A stretch of 64,000 nucleotides of DNA, taken from assembly GCA_964658305.1 (NCBI GenBank), contig OZ210885.1, positions 20,646,001 to 20,710,000 on the forward strand, in the 5' to 3' direction. The first letter of the stretch is position 1. Each line of letters opens with the position of its first letter. Both the position numbers and the translations under genes were made by a program. Source of the stretch: Leptogorgia sarmentosa (Eukaryota). Of this stretch, positions 53,685 to 64,000 are shown one piece after another. Under the pieces are notes generated by a model. It ran no database searches and was not told where the DNA came from. It saw only the letters and a program-made list of their open reading frames with translations.

Positions 53685-53979
53685 GGGAGCGGTCATTATT
53701 AATAGTGGGGGTGGGACCGAAGAGAAACTCTTATGATATAAAAAAAAATAGTTACCCAACCTTTGACAGTCCAAGACTTTTTCTCACCCACCCAACTAAT
53801 GTCTAATGTTTCTTTTGACCCACCCCATCAAATATGATTGCAGGAAATCGATATAAAATGATAAATGAGTATAAACATCAATATCAAAAATAACAATTTA
53901 TAGTTCTTTTCAACAAGCGTATCGACATTGTCATATGTGCATCAGTTTACGTACATTGTCAAACATGTTTGTGGAATAT

Positions 53980-56670
53980 TTATATAAGTTTGAACAAGTT
54001 CCAATGCCCAGCGTAGCGTCCATAACGTGTCCTTACAACTAGTGGAAGAGGGCCATCCATAGACATTTCATTTTCCTCTTCACTGCCAGAATCACAGGTA
54101 CTGTCAGCTTCAATTTCCCCAATAACGAGATCTTCATCACTTTCTTCTTCTTCTCCTTCTTCTTCTTCTACTGATGGTTCAACTCTTCTTAAAGCTGTCT
54201 CAATTACGTTAGGTTGGTTCCTTCTCAATACATCTGCTGTGATGGCACTTATTTTTTCTGATTTCCTCCCTTTCATTTTAAGGTTATGCTTTGTCAGGTA
54301 CTTATTCAATTCCAAAACTGTTAGTTTACCAAGCTCACCTTTGAGTACAAGTCCCATCCAGTCATATTCCTCGTAACCTTTCTCCTTTCTTCTGGCCTGC
54401 GCTGTGCTTCTTTCTTTCTATCTAATATTCTTTGCAATCTGGAGGTTAGTAAGATGCTGCACATAACTTCGAACGTATTCCTTCTTTACCATGAATTTTT
54501 CAGAAAATTCTGTAAGTCTATCCTCTTTTTCCAAAGAAAGTTCACCACAACCAAACAACTTTATTATGTTGGCTCTTGGTTGCCAATCGTCAACATCTCT
54601 TTCATCGCCATTTTCATTTATAGATGGTGTGGTTGAAACACTCTGGTAATGTCCAGGCCTCATAGGATCAGGGACAGGCTGAGGTATTCTTTGAACTGGG
54701 ATGCCACTCCAAGTACGGCAGAAATGACATTTGTCATCTTTACAGCCAAACTTGACGAACTCCATAAATAATTCACCAACTTTGTAGTGTGAATGGAAAA
54801 ATCTGAGTATTTTGGCAAAATACGATGCTCCAGGAACCATTTTTTTAGCTTCCAGACTCGAAACAGAATGATACTCCAAAAGGTATTTCTGGTTGAAATA
54901 GAACAGTTTGTCTTGTTCTTCAGACAAATATGCTGTTATTCTTTTGCTGAGGACTGGAGCGCCATCAATTCTGTCCACCAACTGCTTAGAAACATTCCAT
55001 GCATTTTGTTCCATTCTTCTTTGCTCCAACTCTTCAAACTCTTTTACAGTCAAAGCATCTTTTTCTTCAGCACTCAAGCCTTCAAATTGTTCATGTTTCT
55101 CCCATTCTATTGTCGCCCCATCCACAACTGCATCGCCAATGGCCGAATTGGTTCTCTCAGCTTCATTTTGACCGCTGTCTCCCCTTGATCGATGAACACG
55201 AATACGGTGATCTGAGTTGAAGACACGACATAACTCTGCGTCTCTGAACTTGACTTCAAAGTTAGAAACTCCAACTCCTGGTCCAGCATCCGTCAAATCA
55301 CACCATCTCGGCCGTACAATTGGCAGTTTCAGATCTTCCAATATCTCCAGAAGGTCAAGACAGCAGGCTGCAACATCTCTCATCAACTGATGTAGCTCCT
55401 CAACTTCATTCTCACCTGCAGTTGCTTTAGAACACATTTCAAGGAGGAATTCCAACTTCTTCTCTATTCTTCCGGAAAAGACGTGTTTCTCTAATTCATC
55501 TCCAAAAGCATTCTTTTCAGCAATAACAGAAGACACTTCTTGCTTTAGATGGTGCAATCTACAGTTATGATAAAAACAAAATCATGTCATGAAGAGGTAA
55601 AATGGAAGCTAGGATTTGTTTGTTTTTGGAATGCGAAAATGGGATTTATTCACTGGTACTGGGATTCACACAAAAAACAACAATTAAAAATAGGAATAGG
55701 ATTGAGATTTAAGAGAAACAGTGGAAATGGGTGTGGAAGCATTGAAAATAAGAATGGGATTTGCTCAAAATTTAGACTAGGAAATGGGATTAGGCACTCC
55801 CTTCACAACCCTCCACGAACTATAAACAACATATAAATACAGAAATGTATTTACCTTTCACATTCATAACGTGTATAAACACAATCCTTCTGACAGGTTG
55901 CTTTTAGCAAATCTTCCTCCTCAGCCATATCTTGGTATTGAAAGCATGCACACTGGATAATTGAGCATATTTGTCTGAATCGCAGACTGTAGTTAGAGCT
56001 GTTATCTACCTCAAACAGACTTGGGTTCCGCTGCCTCAGACGAATGGTTTCACTCGCCCAGGTAGATCCACTTGACCCAATGATAGCTTTAGGCCGGATA
56101 AACACAAAGTGATTATCATCCTCTGTCAAGAGCTTCTCTTCATTGTTTATATCATCGGGTATGCTAGGTGTCTTAGTGAATATACGGTGGGAACCAGGTG
56201 TTTGATACACCAGTTTTTCTGGCCAATCATACTTCGGAAGTTGTCTTGCTTTTTCAACATCGGTTAATGTCAAAATCTTTCGATTACGGGTGTTCTGGAA
56301 ACCTTCCGATGTCCCAGGCCTTAGATAGGCCTTGTCATCAATGCTTCGCATGAAGCAAAGTTGTGAATTTGCTGCACTCTCTTGTCCAAAAAAGGAAAAC
56401 TTGACATTCTTTACGTGTGCTCGCTGGTAATGTGTGTTTTCGTTGTCAATATCTTCTGCTTTCGGTGGCTTTTTTGTGCAGAACAGGCCTTTCCCTTTGT
56501 GACGTTTTGCTTGGATAGATCTAGATGAACGTGGCTTACATCTGTTGTACACAGTTGTTGCACTCTTGATCAATTTTTTGTTTCTACTTGCCAATCTGTA
56601 GTTCGCAATGTTTAAGAGATCTCTTTTTTTAACACGCCTATTTGTATACAAGACTAAGTCGTGCCTTCGA
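53980..56670 (-). pseudogene. Zator C DD43E transposase with C-terminal SAP-like motif; 5'-truncated, one intron, one internal stop
   Basis: SIDDKAY, TDAGPG, DSGQNEAER (43-aa spacing); LGKLTVLELNKYL..GRKSEKI; intron at about 55852-55550. Confidence 0.8.
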
Positions 56671-56827
56671 CAGAAAAACTCAAAGAAGTAAGTGGCTTCT
56701 TGATTTGACATTCATTTATAATTTTGTTACTGGCAGCCTTGTATTAATTAATTTTTATAATAGAAATCCTTTCAAGTTTCCTTGGGGACGTATGATTAAC
56801 CTTGAATGTGTTTATGTATTTTTATAG

Positions 56828-57567
56828 CTTTAAAACTTTGTGGTGGTAAATTTCAGCTGGACAGCAAGACAAATATGGTGGAAAAGGAAGCCTGGGAGAA
56901 ATTTCTCATACCAAATGTAAAGTCAGAGCGATTGATATATTTCAACAGCATCACAAGAGAAGTCTTTCAGTCAGCATATGTTGCAAAACAGTCTCGTTTC
57001 CAACCATACTTGGATGGCCAGCGAAGATTCCGATATGGTGTAAAAACAAAGTGTGATGGTCTACAAAAAACCATTTCTTCATACAAGGAAGGGGTAATTC
57101 CAAAGCAAAATATAAACTGGCACAGATACAAAGATTTCCCTTCAGATGTTAAGGTGGATGATGTTTCAAAAAGTCATCGTGTTGTTGAACATTTTAAAGA
57201 AACTCTGCAATCATTAAATGCATTACATGATCAACTGTTGGCAAGGAAAAAGGAGTTATATAATGAAAATATGGAGGAGAGAGTATGGGCAAGTGACGAA
57301 CTGAAATTCATCAAAGAGTCAATGTCCCACATCGAGGAAATGGTTGGGGAAACCGAAAAGAACATGCATGATGTTCAGTATGTAGTGCATCAACTTGAAA
57401 CACGATTCAACCCAGCAGATGTGCAAAAAAGTGAAAAGAGGAGGAGAGTTAGAAGAGAAAAGGAAAACCGATCAAAATTGAAAAGGAAAAAGCGACTTGT
57501 TCGAAGAAAACATGAGGATATGTTAACAAGTGGTTCATCTCATGAGGACATTGACATTATTGAATGA
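56828..57567 (+). CDS. Second, oppositely oriented coiled-coil/basic ORF in element C (last exon)
   Basis: Open reading frame of about 246 codons after an intron GTAAGT(56688)..TTTATAG(56827); NLS-like KRRRVRR. Confidence 0.55.
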
Positions 57568-57839
57568 CAATTGTATCCTAATCAATGTATAGACAATTTG
57601 TTTACTGTTTACTATAAGCATTGTACTTTTCTATTTAAAGGGGTTTTTAAATATAGTAAATTTTATTGATGCTGATGTTATATTCCCTAGTATTTTTTTA
57701 CCCAACCCCCTTGGCTATTCAAGTTTTTCTTAACCCAACCTTAGTCACCCAGCATTTTTTCTTGACCCAACCATTTTCTCTTCGGTCCCACCCCCACTAT
57801 TAATAATGACCGGTCCCTAACGAAGGCCACACCTTTTCC

Positions 57840-60800
57840 GTGTGATTTTCTTATGTGTGAATCCAAGATATTCTGCAAACATTCGGAAGTCGTCACCGCT
57901 GAAAGGAGGGCCATTGTCTGTTTTAACTTCTTTCGGTATTCCAAAATCAGAAAATATCTTATCTAACTTTGGGATTGTACTCTTTGAAGACGTTGATTTC
58001 GGAATTTCAACTTCGGGATATCGAGAATACTCATTGATTACTACCAAAAGATAATCACCCGATAGAAAAGGACCGCAAAAGTCTACAGATACATTTTGCC
58101 ATGGACCTTCTGGAAGACTTGTCATCTGTAATGGTTCAGAGTTCTTGACTTGAACTGTAGCTTGACATGGAATGCATTCTGTTACACACTCTTCGACAAG
58201 TTTATCAATCCCAGGAAACCACACTTTTTCTCGTAGCAATTTTCCTCGTTTTTATAATTCCTTGGTGCCCTTCATGTGCTAATCGGATCACTCTACGTTG
58301 TAGGCTTTGCGGAATAACGATTCTCGTTCCTCTCAAGAGAGTGTTACTAGCGTTAGCTGTTGCAAGTTCTGTCTTAATCCGAGCTAAGGCTTCGAAAGTG
58401 GCCATATGGATGGCATCTGATGATCTCAGATTATGCCACAGACCCGTATTTAATGCAAGGATTACTGCCTGAAGGGTTGCGTCTTCTTTGGTGGCAATCA
58501 TAATTTCTTCTTGAGTCAATGCTTTTAGAACTGCATTCGTAAAGACATAGTTGATATGCTCTTCAGCCACTTTCTCTTCTCTTCTACTTTGTTCAGTTGT
58601 TAAATCGGGATGACGGGAAAGGTAGTCAGCAGGGTTGTCTTCACCGGGCCTGTACTCGACAGTAAACTCGTAGGGCTGCAACTTCAAGATCCAACGTTCA
58701 ATTCTCGGTGGCGGTTTATGGGCTGGATCGTTAAATATTTTCGCCAAAGGCTTGTGATCGGTAACTACAGAAAACGATTTTCCATATAGATACAAGTGAT
58801 ACTTTTCGCACCCCCACATGATTGCCAGGGCTTCTCTTTCAATTTGTGAGTAGCGTTTTTCCACTTCCGATAGTGCTCGACTGGAATAGCAGATGACACG
58901 AGGGGTAGCATTTGTTGAATTATCTTTCTGGGTTAGAATTGCACCAATTCCAGTTGGACTTGCATCTACTAGTAGTTCGGTTTCTAATGATGGTTGAAAA
59001 TATGCCAACGTTGTTTCACTTGACAACACCTGTTGTATGTTGCTTAAAGATTTCTGGTGTTCCTCCGTCCAATGCCATTTTGCATCTTTTCTCGTCAGAT
59101 CTCGTAGGGGTTTTGCCAAGTCAGCCAGATCGGGAATGAATCGCCCACAATAATTAATCAACCCGAGTAGACTTCTAACTTCCTTCACTGATTTGGGAAC
59201 TTGCACATTTCGAATTGCATCTACCTTTTTCGGTTCAGGTGAAACACCACACTCAGAAAAGGTATAACCAAAATATACCAGACTGGACTTGTTAAATTCG
59301 CACTTAGATCTATTGAGTGTTAGGTTATGCTTGCGAAGACACTCTAAAACGCTTTAAATGTTGGTCATGTTCCTCCTGACTGGAACCGAAAACAATTATA
59401 TCATCACTAATGTTTAACGATCCCGGAATTCCTTCAATCACGCTCTTTATTGCTTCTTGAAATATCTCAGCAGCTGAATTAACGCCAAAATTTAGTCGTT
59501 TATAACGTCTTAGACTGACATGCGTACTAAATGTTGTAATATACCGGGATTCTGGCATCAATTCTAACTGGTGATATCCCTGATTTAAGTCTAGTTTTGA
59601 AAAGACTTTGGTTTGACCAAGTTCTGAAATGATGTCGTCAACAGTTGGAGATATATGTCTTTCTCGACCTATCGCTTTATTTGGCTGCCGCATATCTACA
59701 CAGATACGTATCTCGTCAGGATTATGCGGTTTAGGGACAACTACAGTAGGGGACACCCAAGGTGTGGGTCCTTCTACCCGTTCAATAATATCATTGTCTT
59801 CCATCTCTTTGAGTTTTAATTCAACTTGTTTCCTTACGTGAAAGGGTATTCTTCTATGGGCTTGGGCGACTGGCTTAACTGTTTTATCAATATGTAACTT
59901 TACTTGATAGTTTTTCATTTTTCCAACCCCAGAAAATACATCTTGGTATTTGTTCACAGGGGAGTCTGTGTTCTGTACTTGGCTTACCACTTTGATTAAC
60001 CCTAGTTCCTGGGCTGTTTTATAACAGATCAAAGATCCACCCGCTTTGGCATTTTTTCTCACTATGTAAAATTCTGCACAAATCACCTTTTCGTGCGTTT
60101 CTATAACAGTTTCAAACTTACCGAGGATCTTCAATGGGACTTGACCGTCATAAGGGAAAATTTTCGTTGACGTTTTCTTCAACACGACACCTTTGAGATG
60201 CAGATAATCCGGCTCTTCAATTAGATTAACTGTTGCTCCAGTGTCTATTACAAAGTCTATATTTTCTTTACCAATTGTTATAGTTGCAGTTGGGTATCCT
60301 CCTGACTTTGGGTTCTTCTCTACTGCTGTTGTGAATACATACTCATCCTCACTCCTTGATGCATCATCACGACTGGCCGTTTCTATCTTATTCACTGACT
60401 GTTGCTGCCGGGTTTTGTAATTTTGTCTAGTCGATTTTCCATCTTTTCTTTGGGGATTCCGTCGCTGTTTTGACCGACATACTGCTGCAAAATGATTTTG
60501 CTTATGACAGATGTTACAGGTCTTTCCCATCGCTGGACATGCACTAATGTAGTTTCCGTTGGAACGATAGCACTTAGGGCGTATTTTCGTATTTCTAAAT
60601 TGTTCAGACTCAGTCTTGTTAACATACCCTGTCGCTGTTTCCGATTGTAGTTTCTTTTCAATCCTGCGAGCTTGTACTTCTGAGGTTTCAAGCGATCGCC
60701 CATAGTCAAGTAATTGCATAAGAGAGTTCGTTTCACATAGCGCCCGTCTTCATAATCTTTGCGACAAACATCCTTGTATAATTTGAGTTTTTATTTCGCG

Positions 60801-61183
60801 GTCAACGTCCGTAAATTGCATGTTTTCGCCAATTTTCTCAAGTGAGTGTGAAATCTGCCCATTGTCTCGCCGCTCATTTGCTTCGCTTGACGAAACACAT
60901 GCACCTCATATTCTATATTTTTCTTCGGCGAAAAGTAATTAGTTAATAGTTCTACAGCTCTCGAATATTCGTCGTCTTTCTCGGGGAAGGTATCAAAGAT
61001 CTCAGCAACTTCAGTACCAGCATAGTGGAATAATAATGCACGCTGCCTTCTTTTATTGTTGACATCTAAAGCGATTAGGAGATTTTCAAAGTGTTTCAGC
61101 CATTTCGTCCAGCGAACGCCCACTGAAGCGATATCTTCATGAGCATTAAATTGCTCGAGATACGGGAGCGCTTTCTCTGCCAT
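57840..61183 (-). pseudogene. Gypsy gag-pol; integrase truncated before its catalytic E
   Basis: RALLFHYAG gag, FVIDTGATVN protease, ISDDII RT, VDASPTG RNase H, AHEGHQG, SVDFCGP and TDNGPPF integrase; frameshifts present. Confidence 0.93.
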
Positions 61184-61669
61184 TGTCCTCTTATCTTGAA
61201 GAGGACCCATCCTCGTCGCCAATGTAATATCTTGAGACAGTTACCAGACAGTTATGTGTCTACATATTTGTGTGTTGCTTCGGACTCACAGTGAGCTTTT
61301 ATACATTAATTTGCATGCATTCATTTACATTAATGACAGTGATAATTAACTACACTACAGTGATGAATTGCATTTTTCTTTTGTTATGCACTGCTTTAAT
61401 TAGGCACAGAGGTGAAAGAATGCGTTTTTCACCGAGATTTTTCAACACGTTCGCATTTGCCTGATTTTCTTCCATATCGTACAAGAAATATGTCATTCAA
61501 CTGCTAAGACCTTGATCTTTATGACCATGCAAAAATCACGTTCGTACACCCAGTAATTAACGCACAATGGCATGCCAAAGTTCGATTACCTTTTTTTTGA
61601 GACACCCTGTACATTGCAAATTGACTTAAAATATTTGGGAAAATTTTACTTTTTTTATAGTGTCTACTA

Positions 61670-62492
61670 CCGGGTGGCGCAAAAAAAAGTATAACTGTTT
61701 GATTACTTATAACTCAAAAACCATACGCGGTAGTACCCTCAATGGAGTTTCATTGCATCCAGCGATGTCTAAGTTAAATTTTGGAATATTCGACAGGCAT
61801 TTTCGTCCAAGATTGACTGAGATATGAGAGTTTAAACTTTTGTTAACAATTTTGAAACCTTCACAAATTAGCTAAAAACGGCCTATTAAACTGATTTTAT
61901 AACCGCGTCACTATTTTATCATAAGCAGTGTTTTAACAAACGTAGTTGAAGTGCAAATTTCATCTTCCTTGTAACAGAGATGCTTTCTCGTTTTTGTTTG
62001 CTGTTCGGCAGCACAAGAATTGAGCTACAAGGCAAGGTTGATTAAAAGTTTTCTTCTAAATTTTAATTCGACATCCAAAGGGAAGCTGAATTCTAAAATG
62101 CGAATGTCGCTTCGTATGCTTCTAAGTAATAATTATGCCTCGTTTAACGAAGGACCAAAGAGTTGGCAAGACGCTGCATTCGTGCTTGGGGACATGCATT
62201 TCCTAACGAATAGACGTTTGTTTTACACGATCCGGAACACGGTACATCTCTTTATATGTCGTTAATGCAGTATTAATATTTAATAGGCCGTTTTTAGCTA
62301 ATTTGTGAAGGTTTCAAAATTGTTAGCAAAAGTTTAAACTCTCATATCCCAGTCAATCTTGGACGAAAATGCCTGTCGAATATACCAAAATTTAAGTTAG
62401 ACATCCCTGGATGCAATGAAACTACATTTAGGGTTCTACCGCATATGGTTTTTGAGTTATAAGTAATCAAACAGTTTTTTTGCGCCACCCGG
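61670..62492. mobile_element. Foldback Tc1/mariner-type MITE (family 3)
   Basis: TA|CCGGGTGGCGCAAAAAAA ... TTTTTTGCGCCACCCGG|TA; arms of about 220 bp. Confidence 0.88.
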
Positions 62493-64000
62493 TACATTAA
62501 TTGTTACACTTCTCTTCTGATATCTTTTGGTCAAAACAATATATTGATGATAGTGACAATATATTAAGACATCAGAGTGGCAACTGAAATAATACAATTT
62601 AGTTAACCAACTGTAAAAAAAAGCCATAGCAGCAAGCAGGTACTTTGTCTTCAAATGAGTGTCTTGTTATTTAGTCATTGTATAGATATGCCTCAAGGAT
62701 TTTCCAGATTTCGATTCACATTTTATAAGAAATAAACCTTTAGCTATACTACTCAATGTGTTTATGTAATCTACCTGTATAGAGTATGATAATAATCTCT
62801 TGTTTTTATAGGCAATGATGATCCATAGCCTACACGCTTTGTATGCTGTTTTGGTGACTGGGTCTTCTGCCTGTCATGGTTTTACACAGGTTCCAGGGAA
62901 TACTGGTGGATTTTACCATATGGTGTGCAGGCATGGGGTACCGTAATGTTGTTTATTCCACACCAATATAATATACTGTAGATTATTTCAGAGTTTGTAG
63001 TTTATACCACGTAGTGTAAACTACAAACATTAAAATGATATAATTTCACTATACAAACTTTCAGAGAATTCAATACTGTAGATTGTCCAATCAAGAATTT
63101 AGGTGAAATTAATGAATTTATAGTTATAGCTATTTTTCCTGCTTTAGCACAATCGTGGGGATAAGTGGCGATAAATAAATGTTCCACATGTTCGATATCC
63201 CGACATTCATGCATGTGTTTAATTTTTTACGCTGTAGATCACTGTGGCTTCAAAATTTTTGCTGCTGCAAGAGTCAGTGAGGGATGCCGCAGATCTTTAC
63301 CTCTCCTTGAAGCATCCCCCTCATCTTTTTGTTTTGGATACTCTGTGTGGTTTCTCTCGTCACATGAATTTAAGAGAGCCGGACTTAGCTTCCAAGTTTT
63401 GGGGTGACACCCTTGGCTGTTTTGAGAAACCTTCACTTGAAATGCAACCAAATCAGGTATATTTTCACAACTTAGGATATATTTGTGGTATGCAGCTTCC
63501 TGCTGTAAGGAAAAATGTTAAGACGATGTGTTTACAGTACTTGATACACAATGAAGAAGAACGATGTGGCATACTTTTAAACCTAATCACGTTTAATTCG
63601 CTTTTTTAGGTTAGCATTCCAGACATTGTGCCCGCGGAATTTCGAACTAGAAAGGTTGATGAAAGTGTACTGCGGGCAAACTGCACGGTGGACACTTCAG
63701 TCCATCCTGTTACAGGCTCATCAAGAAGATATGTTGTCGGTGACAGATTCCACACATCTTCCACCTCTGTGCTCTTTTCACGACATCAATTTAGATGCCA
63801 TCAAAACGAGTTACCAGGAATGCCAGAATAATAGTAAAAATGTCAAGTGCCTGAGGAGTTCTACTATGCAATCTTTCCATGTTCATTTTATGTACAACTT
63901 TCTCATGGATTACTATCACAATGAGATCATAGTCGAGAAGCAGAAGTCCAATCTAAAGAAACTTTTAAAAGAAAACCAAGTCCTCACAAGAGATAGTTAC

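Larger units (their letters stand above)
53685..57817 (-). mobile_element. Zator element C
   Basis: TAA|GGGAGCGGTCATTATTAATAGTGGGGGTGGGACCGAAGAGAAA TIR (1 mismatch) ...CCC|TAA; ACCCAACC subterminal repeats. Confidence 0.9.
51152..57846 (-). mobile_element. Zator element D (3' half only)
   Basis: Terminus TTA|GGGGCCGTCGACAAATAG at 51152; the transposase continues on both sides of element C; the 5' half is lost at the Gypsy junction. Confidence 0.75.
50910..61359 (-). mobile_element. Ty3/Gypsy LTR retrotransposon carrying nested Zator elements
   Basis: 137-bp LTRs at 61223-61359 and 50910-51046 (2 mismatches seen); PBS TGGCGACGAGG; PPT GGGGAGGGA; TSD ATGAT/GTGAT. Confidence 0.93.
50576..61609. 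mobile_element. Family-2 foldback MITE split by the Gypsy element
   Basis: TA|CAGGGTGTCTCAAAAAAAAGGTAATC ... GATTACCTTTTTTTTGAGACACCCTG|TA. Confidence 0.9.
47195..64000 (+). pseudogene. Zisupton/HMGXB3-like KDZ transposase gene, multi-exon, disrupted
   Basis: Exons at about 47195-49608 (split by an insertion), 49979-50112, 50279-50455, 62812-62937, 63238-63456 and 63611 to window end. Motifs CPQC..KPKNC..C, SWIM-like CFC..CLH, CEICG..FGDGNEKNCC, TGG..VCRHG, KFLLLQESVRDAADL, DTLCG, GDRFH. Confidence 0.75.

Noticed and set aside
47195..64000. Functional HMGXB3 orthologue
   Set aside because: No HMG box seen; an exonic insertion, a stop and frameshifts are present.

Overview
AT-rich, intron-containing animal DNA, probably cnidarian/coral-like (inferred from repeat and transposase types). 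It consists almost entirely of nested, mostly degenerate transposons, and I found no intact host gene, rRNA or CRISPR array. From left to right: an Academ-like transposase fragment; foldback Tc1/mariner MITEs; a Kolobok (THAP-DDE plus KolX) carrying a second deleted Kolobok; two related TGCA-ended, two-ORF Zator-like elements (A: DD43E transposase with a spliced C-terminal PHD finger; B: ORF1 beginning with a spliced CIDE-N domain); an 8,270-bp near-identical tandem duplication; a BEL/Pao LTR retrotransposon; and a Zisupton/HMGXB3-like KDZ gene. One intron of that last gene holds a MITE > Gypsy > Zator D > Zator C nest. The best candidate for an undescribed system is the TG-terminated two-gene Zator-like family with PHD and CIDE-N domains. 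All family assignments come from motif recognition by eye, not database searches.
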